A stretch of DNA of 64,000 nt, taken from assembly GCF_902459465.1 (NCBI RefSeq), contig NC_047070.1, positions 1,364,001 through 1,428,000 on the forward strand, in the 5' to 3' direction. The notes beneath the pieces were generated by a model. That model had not been told where the DNA came from and ran no database searches. It worked only from the letters and a program-made list of their open reading frames with translations. The translations under genes were made by a program, and so were the position numbers. The DNA comes from Asterias rubens (Eukaryota). This document shows, piece by piece, positions 56,901 through 64,000 of the stretch (position 1 is the stretch's first letter; each line of letters opens with the position of its first letter).

Positions 56901-58429
56901 CTAAAGTTTTGACTCCAGCAGAGTCTTACTCGAAGGTAGTATTTTGTAACTTTCACAGAAAGTACTCCTTCTTTAATTTGTTACGGTACTTAGCCATTAT
57001 AGAAGTTTAGGTAATACCCATCCTTGTTCCATGAGACTGGATGCTCTGTTACATACAAACGCAAAATTTATTTTGACTGTAATAAAAAAATGATTATAGG
57101 GAACCATAAAGTATGCAAATTGTTAACCGCTGTAAACCATGAAAAGATAACAAAAATCTCCCTGCACCTTGCGGGACAACTCATCCACCTTGACGAAGGT
57201 TTCAACTCAATTGTCCAAACTTGCAAAAATCTTCCTCCAACATCCACTAATAATCAATAAGGTGTGTTTTGACACAGCGCTAATGAGTAACTTGAACTAA
57301 ATATATTTGTAAATACACAAGTATTCTAAATAAACCTTAAGGTAATAAATTATATAACAACATGACAGAAAAGGAGATTGCTGGGGCATTTATAATGCAA
57401 ATTTCAAAAGAACAAACAAGAAATTAACTTGATCCAAAGAGATTAACGTTATCTTCGGATACCGGTGAGAGATTCGGGAAATTTTACAAATTGCCTCTGG
57501 ACTTCATGAATTAATTGAGCGTACTCTAAAAGCGTTTTCAGATAAATGTTAAATTGAAAGACTAATGCAATCTTTACTTGTTTTCAAAACATTTAAGTAA
57601 ACAGTTGTTAAGTATACATTTCTACATGTAAATTGTTCATGCATTAACATACGATTTTTCATTGCTACATTTCTCAATCACAAAAGACTGGACAAGTACA
57701 ATTCAAATTCACATGAATAATGGATAGAGCCTTGCTACTTCAATACCTTTTTTAACGCAAAAACTCAAAACTACAATTCTGATAATAGAATGAAAAAGTT
57801 GAGAAATGGTCTTTCTTCTAACTAAACATGCAGACAAATATACAATTAACAATTAATTAATTGGCAATAAATGTACTATTGCCCATAGGTGGGTCGATTC
57901 GCTGCATATTATGCAACAGTCAGTGTATCTTTTAATTAAACAGGCACTAGATCGTTTTAAGGAAGAAAAAATCTTTAGTACAAAAAAATGTTCACTGTAT
58001 GCTTTAAACACTGTACATTGCACAGTTCCTTGGATACAGTCTTAAAGCTTAACGCGACAACAAAAACAGTTGAAGTTACTTTTTAAAATACCATCAACCC
58101 CGTAAGTCTTTACTCAAATCTCACCAGATTAAACAAACATCTTCGTTGATGGAATCAATTTTAAGCTCTTTTTTTGTGTGTCTAAATTAACTGTACTTTT
58201 CTTGCTTTCAACGCTTTTAAGTTTAAAGAATGAACTATAAAATCCAAACCAACATTTTCTGTAGTTTCAGTATTAAGCTATTAAGGAAACTTTCGGACTT
58301 AAAACAACATCAGCCATTTGTGTTCTTTAAGAAACAAAGGCAGCACTTAGAATCAATTCTTTAAAACCACTGTCCTTGGCAATCCCAAGAAGTGAATGCC
58401 TCGATGCATTGCGATGGACCTAAGCCTAA

Positions 58430-58645
58430 AGCCCCCTTTCACACAACAGCAATTTAGCAAGGGTCCCTTGCTAAATTATAGCATGGTTGTAAAATTTCAC
58501 AAAATGTACCTTGAGTGTAAAGGACAACCATTTTTTGTTACCGTCCAAGTTCTCTTGCAAAACCTTGTCAAACATTGCTACATTTTATAACCATGCTAAA
58601 ATTCAGCCAGGGACCCCAGTTAAATTGCTGTCGTGTGAAAAGCTC
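58430..58645. mobile_element. Harbinger-like MITE (TIR AGCCCCCTTTCACACAACAGCAATTTA)
   Basis: Inverted termini; a related right end lies at 26555-26585. Confidence 0.55.
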
Positions 58646-60432
58646 TTAGTTGCACCCACAGCTAATGACATGTTGCCTTGTGTTTTTGCTCCCTGTTTTT
58701 TGCTGTGGCAAAGTTCCAACTTTACACTCTCCTCATAGAGGTGGCTGTTACCCAAGGGTAATTGCTGGGCCCAGCTACACAAGCGAGTTCAAGGCCTGCA
58801 ACATTCTAAACTTACAGCTATCCATTTGTCCACATGTATAGCAAGGACTTTTTATGTGACAGGAAGTAAGCACATTTACAAGCATAATTCCCATGCTAAG
58901 CCATGCAATACTCCTGGGTTATTTATTACTTTACGCTTTTCAATAAGCTTTCAACTGGCTTAAAATGTCCCCTGCTCCAAAATCTCAACAGGAAACTTTG
59001 GCAAGCACAGAGAAAACAGTACTGTGTTATAAAATCCAGTGAAAAACAAAGTCAAAAACATTGAAACTGGTTACTTTTTTGCGAGGTCTTTTTCATGCGA
59101 GGTCATTTTGGATATATATACAAAAATTGTATTAAGCTTTTTTATATCTTTGTAAAATTAAAGATGATACTCTGAGCAATAGAGTTGTACTTATGAATAA
59201 ATTTGCATATGTATAAATATGCAAATCACTTTCATTGTCATGAGGGATTGCTGTCCAGCTTAACATGGTTTCAGTCAATTTCAAACATGAAAATGAAGAA
59301 GTAAATTGTTGTAATGCTAGAAAATTCACCACAGGCAATTAAACCAGCATTCAACACAACACTTTCTACAACAACAGAATTGTACACAATTTTCATTTTA
59401 CTCCCAGAATCTCCAAGTACATTTGGGATAGTTTTGTTCCTTCGATCATTCAACTTTTTTTCAGATAAAAGCCCCAGAGTAAAAACACAACAAGACCAAT
59501 ATTTGGGAAAACAGAATTGAGAAAATGAAATAAGTCTAAAGATAAATAATCTACAGCTGCCTCAGCTTTGCATTGCTAGTTTGCTAGAAACTAAAGAAGT
59601 AAACAACATCGATAAGATGTTAAAAAAATACTGAACAAGAGTTTGAAAATTTGAAAACTTGTGCTCAGTTCAAAAAAGAACTTTGCCCCAAGGACTGCCA
59701 AAAAAAGTTAGAAAACAAGGCCATCAATCTAGGTCTCAAGCCTTTTTTTTTCTCCGCACGCTATTTTTTCTTTTCACATGAGTAGAAGTGACTCATAGGA
59801 TCATGCACATCTGTAGGCAAGTAACTGTTTTAACTACGTGTAGGATCTGTGGAATCACACATGGCCATGCATCCAGTGCGTGATGTTTCCTCTTTAAGCC
59901 CCAAGTCATGTTAGGGTCAATGAGCTTAGTTTGACCTTACCTAGGGTAATGACAGAAATGCAACTATGGTTTTTTCTAGAATGGGAGGTTGTAAAGAGTT
60001 CTTTTGAGTTCCTCAAAATTGCCAAACCAAATAAATAGTATTTCCAGTGAAACAAATACATACAAACCGGGAATAAGTGCCTGAAAAAATGCGTATAAAA
60101 AAAATCACTGATTAAAAGCAGCTTAAAAAGTCTAAGTAGATGAACATAAATAAAGGATTCTGCCCAATAAAATGCATATTTTGAGACTTATTTTAAAGTT
60201 TTCCTTTCCCAAAACAGTTGTACAAATTAATAGTTCTCTAACCAGCTTCGCCTGTCAAACTTGAGATTTTATAACACCTTTGAGGTTAACTATAAACAAG
60301 GACACCCCACTAAAGAGAAAGATAATGGGGATTACAGAGGGGGGCGATGAGGCACCAGAATGGCAATACGATGCGTACAATTATTCGGTAGCGGAAAACA
60401 AACATTTACACAAAAAAAACAGCAAGGCTACC

Positions 60433-62592
60433 TCAAGTCAGCCTTGTCACATAGTTCAGAGAACCTTTATCGTTGATTTGCAAATCCACAATCGTCGATG
60501 TTACACCATGGTCCGTCGCCGTGGTATTCCCTGAATTTGGTGTGAGTGTTGGCGTGGCCGAACCACGCCTACTACTGCCACTTTGTTCATTATATTGCCT
60601 CAAGGGACTAGCGGAGGGCGACAGGTGCCTTGAAGGACTGCCAGCCAGGGAAAAGGACTTGGGAGATCTAGATACTGCTGGTGTCATCGCTGGCGTCGAA
60701 CACGGTGTAACTGTAGGTGTTGGTCTAGGTGTGGCAACAGGTGTGGCTAAGGGAGTCGGCCTAGGCGTGGCAGACGGTGTGGCTGCGGGCGTAGGCCTGG
60801 GCGTAGAGATAGGAGTTGACAGCCGAGGTGTCGGGCACGGTGACCTGACCGGTGTGGCACAAGGGGTCACCGCAGGGGTGATCGATGGGTTCAATGTCTG
60901 TGTAAGTGCCGCAGCCACGGCCTGCATTTCTCGCTCGCGAGATGATTCCATGATCAGTCTGTAGCTTGGTGGAGCCTCGCTGGAGTCCGGTGTTTCTAAT
61001 CTACTCTCCCCGTCACCCCTGGATTAAAAAATACAAATAAACACTTTTAAAATTACAAAATATTGACAGGTGTTTGAAAAACAAGTACCCAGTTATTTCC
61101 AATCATAAAAAATGCTCAAAGGTCAAGCTGCTGCGGCTCGATCCTTAAATACTGAATCAACATTGATATGCGGCCGGCATCATTGACCAGTGTTTGTATC
61201 ATCCAGGTCTTATCGGCCGTTGTGTGATTAGGGACAGGGGACTTTGGAACACAGTTCTAATAATATTGATAAAAATGCTGGTTCCAAAACAACTCAAGCT
61301 ATATCAGCACCTGAGTCCTTGCTCGTGTAAGGGCAACACTATGAGGACAATAAAATGAGTACTCTTGGGGGGCATTTCATGGGTGACCATGAGAATCACC
61401 AGGAGCATGGTAGCAATTGCTTCACTGAGAAACTTTGAAGTATTTATACAATTTCTTGTTTTTTAACGTTCTTTTTGTTTTTTAGCTCAATTCTGTCAAA
61501 GTAAAAGCTGGCCTGAAAATGAGGTAATGGTGAAGTCAAGAAATGCCAGGTTAGGCCTATTGACGAAAAAAACATCCATGCTCAAAAGGGAGTACTAGGG
61601 CAAATTATACAAAGAGCTTAGATTGATCGTAACTGCAAATCAACCGTAGTTGCCAAATAAGGTGTGATGTCAAAATATAAATCACTATGGTAATAGCAAT
61701 TATGACAATTTGTCTTGCGATGAGTTTTATTGCCTTGAAATCAACCCTAGGTTCTAGAAAATAAGGAATGGCCAACATACCCTGTATTTTCTATTGCAGC
61801 TTCCGTGAATCTCTGCGTCAACGGTGGAAGGCCACCGCTGCTGCAGGAGTGACAACCCGTACTGCTCCCAAACCCAGACGTAGCTGCTTGGATATAGTAG
61901 TATGTATAGGGCGGGGGAGGCGTGTCATAGCCGACAGTCTCCCCGATTTCAGAGTACGAGGGCAGCTTACAAGGTGGCACTGCAAATTGAAGACAAAAAA
62001 AATTATGTTTAAAACACCACAACAAATAAATGACAGCTTTCTTTAAGAGTTTGTTGGAATGAAGTTTAGCTCAACACATCTCGACAAGATGTTATTTCAA
62101 CTTGTAATCAACCGATTCATTTATAAAATGGTCAACACAGTAAATTAAACCTAACTCAACCAATGTCCCCACCTCCCATTTAAGGCAAAAAAAATCCAAA
62201 AATGTTACCACTTTAGTTTTGGAAAAAAAAGAAAAGAAAAAAAAAGATATCACTTGCAGCTCTGAATCTTCCCGGGACACAGAAAAAACCCAAAACACAA
62301 CAAAGTAATTCAATCAGAACTGGTTAAGATGCATTGTGTATTCCCCAGAAATACCCTTTGAAAATAATCCAATTGACAAATTTGCCTTGCATTTAGTTAC
62401 AAGCAACCCCGTCGATTTATGCGCGGACACGACACTCACCTGGAGTGATGTTTTCAAAATTGAATCCCCTGAGAAAATCTTGGATGGAGCATGTGCGGTG
62501 GTTGGGGTGGCCCCTCATGGGGTGGAAACGTTTCCTCTGCCAGACGCAAAAGCCGATGATAAACACGATGAGAAACCATACCAGCCAAAACC
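60433..62592 (-). CDS. WBP1L: WBP1/WBP1L/VOPP1-family single-pass membrane protein with PY motifs; 3' three exons, 5' exons not found in window
   Basis: Exons 62440-62592 ((W)FWLVWFLIVFIIGFCVWQRKR, TM plus basic stop-transfer), 61781-61979 (CKLPSY, TPPPPY) and 60433-61018 (PPSY, then TP repeats). Phases are consistent; family assignment rests on motif recall. Confidence 0.7.
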
Positions 62593-64000
62593 CTGAAATG
62601 GAAACAAACAAACAAACATTAAGCAACTCTACTTTGTATACTACACTACAGGAGGAATGATGGAACTTAATGCCAGGAAAAAAGCAGTTAACAATTTGAT
62701 AGAGAGGGACTCCATGGCCCAATTTCTTACAGCTGCCTAAGCACAAAAATAAGAATAAGCAAAACAATTTTTAAGTTACCACAGGCTTGCAATTACACAG
62801 AGGCCTTGGCCTCCATTGCCCTGGTTTTGGCCTTGGTGCCCCTTCAAATATCTCCCATAGACTGTAAACATTCTCAACGGACAGACCTTTGAAATGGCTT
62901 TGCCATCTCAAAGATGAAATTCCAGGCCTGTTACCAGCCAAAACACCATGTGTTCATAGCATTTTTTACCGGTAGCCTGCTTATTTCTGCTTGGCAGAAT
63001 TTGCAAAATTATCTGCTTTTAAAGCAGCTCAATGAAACTGGGCCCAGGTCTAATATCTAATATTATCAGTTTAAAACTCAACAACAGATTTGACTCATAG
63101 AAGCCCCTTAAAACCTAAATTGGTGAATATGAGTTTTGAATTTAGTTTCAAAATCGTGTATTAAAAAGATGATGCATTTTCAGAATCTGTAGACATCACT
63201 GTATCTGAATACATAGACTAAAGAGACTTGTTTACGCGCAAAGAATCATTTTTGCAACCTCGGAGGAAGGAAAATTCCTTCTCATCATTGAAAGATATCA
63301 AACTCTACTGGAAAGAACTCTCGATGACAAGTCCGATGCTCAAATTTCAGAGAAATTGTATTTGGGCTTGAGTTTATGTGGGTGCAAAAAAAAAGTAAAA
63401 GAAAAAAAAACATTCTAAAAACCTAATCCTTTGGCCTTGGGGGATGTGTGTAATCTACTCCTGTGACAGATCAAAGGCCATGAGATTCCCAAACGATACC
63501 ACAATGGCAGAAAGTAAGTTACACACCAGGGATCAAGAGGTGACATTACAGTGGGCCCGACTACTGGGAAAAACATTCATCTGTACAAATAACACTGCGA
63601 GTCAATCCATCCATTCACCCTCTCGTTTGTAGAAACAAAAAACCCACAACGCTGAGAGCCCCGTGTTCTTGGTGGGGTGTCTCTGCAGGTGCAGGTATTC
63701 CCAATAAAATCCCAACAATGGTGCATCTCATTATAAATACAAACTTAATGTACATGTAGGTTCTAAACAGCTGATCCTCTCAGACGACCAAATTTAGTCT
63801 CAGAAAAATTCACCCCAATTTGCGAACAATTATGAATGCTAGATTAGGCTAATGAACACAGTCCTTGGAAACCAACAAACAATGGAGTGAACTCATTTTA
63901 CATGTACATGTACAGGCACTTTATTCATTGCGAGAAAGAAAACAATACTAGTTACTAAGAACTGAGTAACTCTGATATTCCTCAACATCATCCTACAGTA

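Noticed and set aside
62600-64000. Search for the signal-peptide/Cys-rich 5' exons of the WBP1-like gene
   Set aside because: No phase-1 exon with convincing splice sites and Cys pattern was found; presumed beyond the window.

Overview
Eukaryotic, AT-rich, intron-containing DNA from an invertebrate deuterostome. A sea star or other echinoderm is inferred from the repeat landscape and protein similarity, not proven. I hand-spliced seven protein genes with GT-AG boundaries and consistent phases: STARD7 (-, runs off the left edge), YKT6 (+, 198 aa), BUB3 (-, 325 aa), ARL3 (-, about 181 aa), a CNNM metal transporter (+, about 764 aa), DCAF10 (-, 465 aa) and a WBP1/WBP1L-family membrane protein (-, 5' end not found). 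Introns and spacers are packed with TTAA-flanked Kolobok/T2-type MITEs, hAT- and Harbinger-like MITEs, three tRNA-derived SINE families and LINE/Penelope fragments. The most notable signal missing from the ORF track is a set of about 10 Penelope-type minimal hammerhead ribozyme motifs in four families. These include an intact copy in a BUB3 intron, a family with a U3-A8 covariant core, and a copy masked by its own inverted repeat in CNNM intron 1; all six intronic copies found are sense to the host gene. The gene neighbourhood also appears to preserve the ARL3-WBP1L-CNNM2 and STARD7-CNNM3/4 linkage seen in vertebrates. No rRNA, bona fide tRNA gene, CRISPR array or intact transposase/RT ORF was found.
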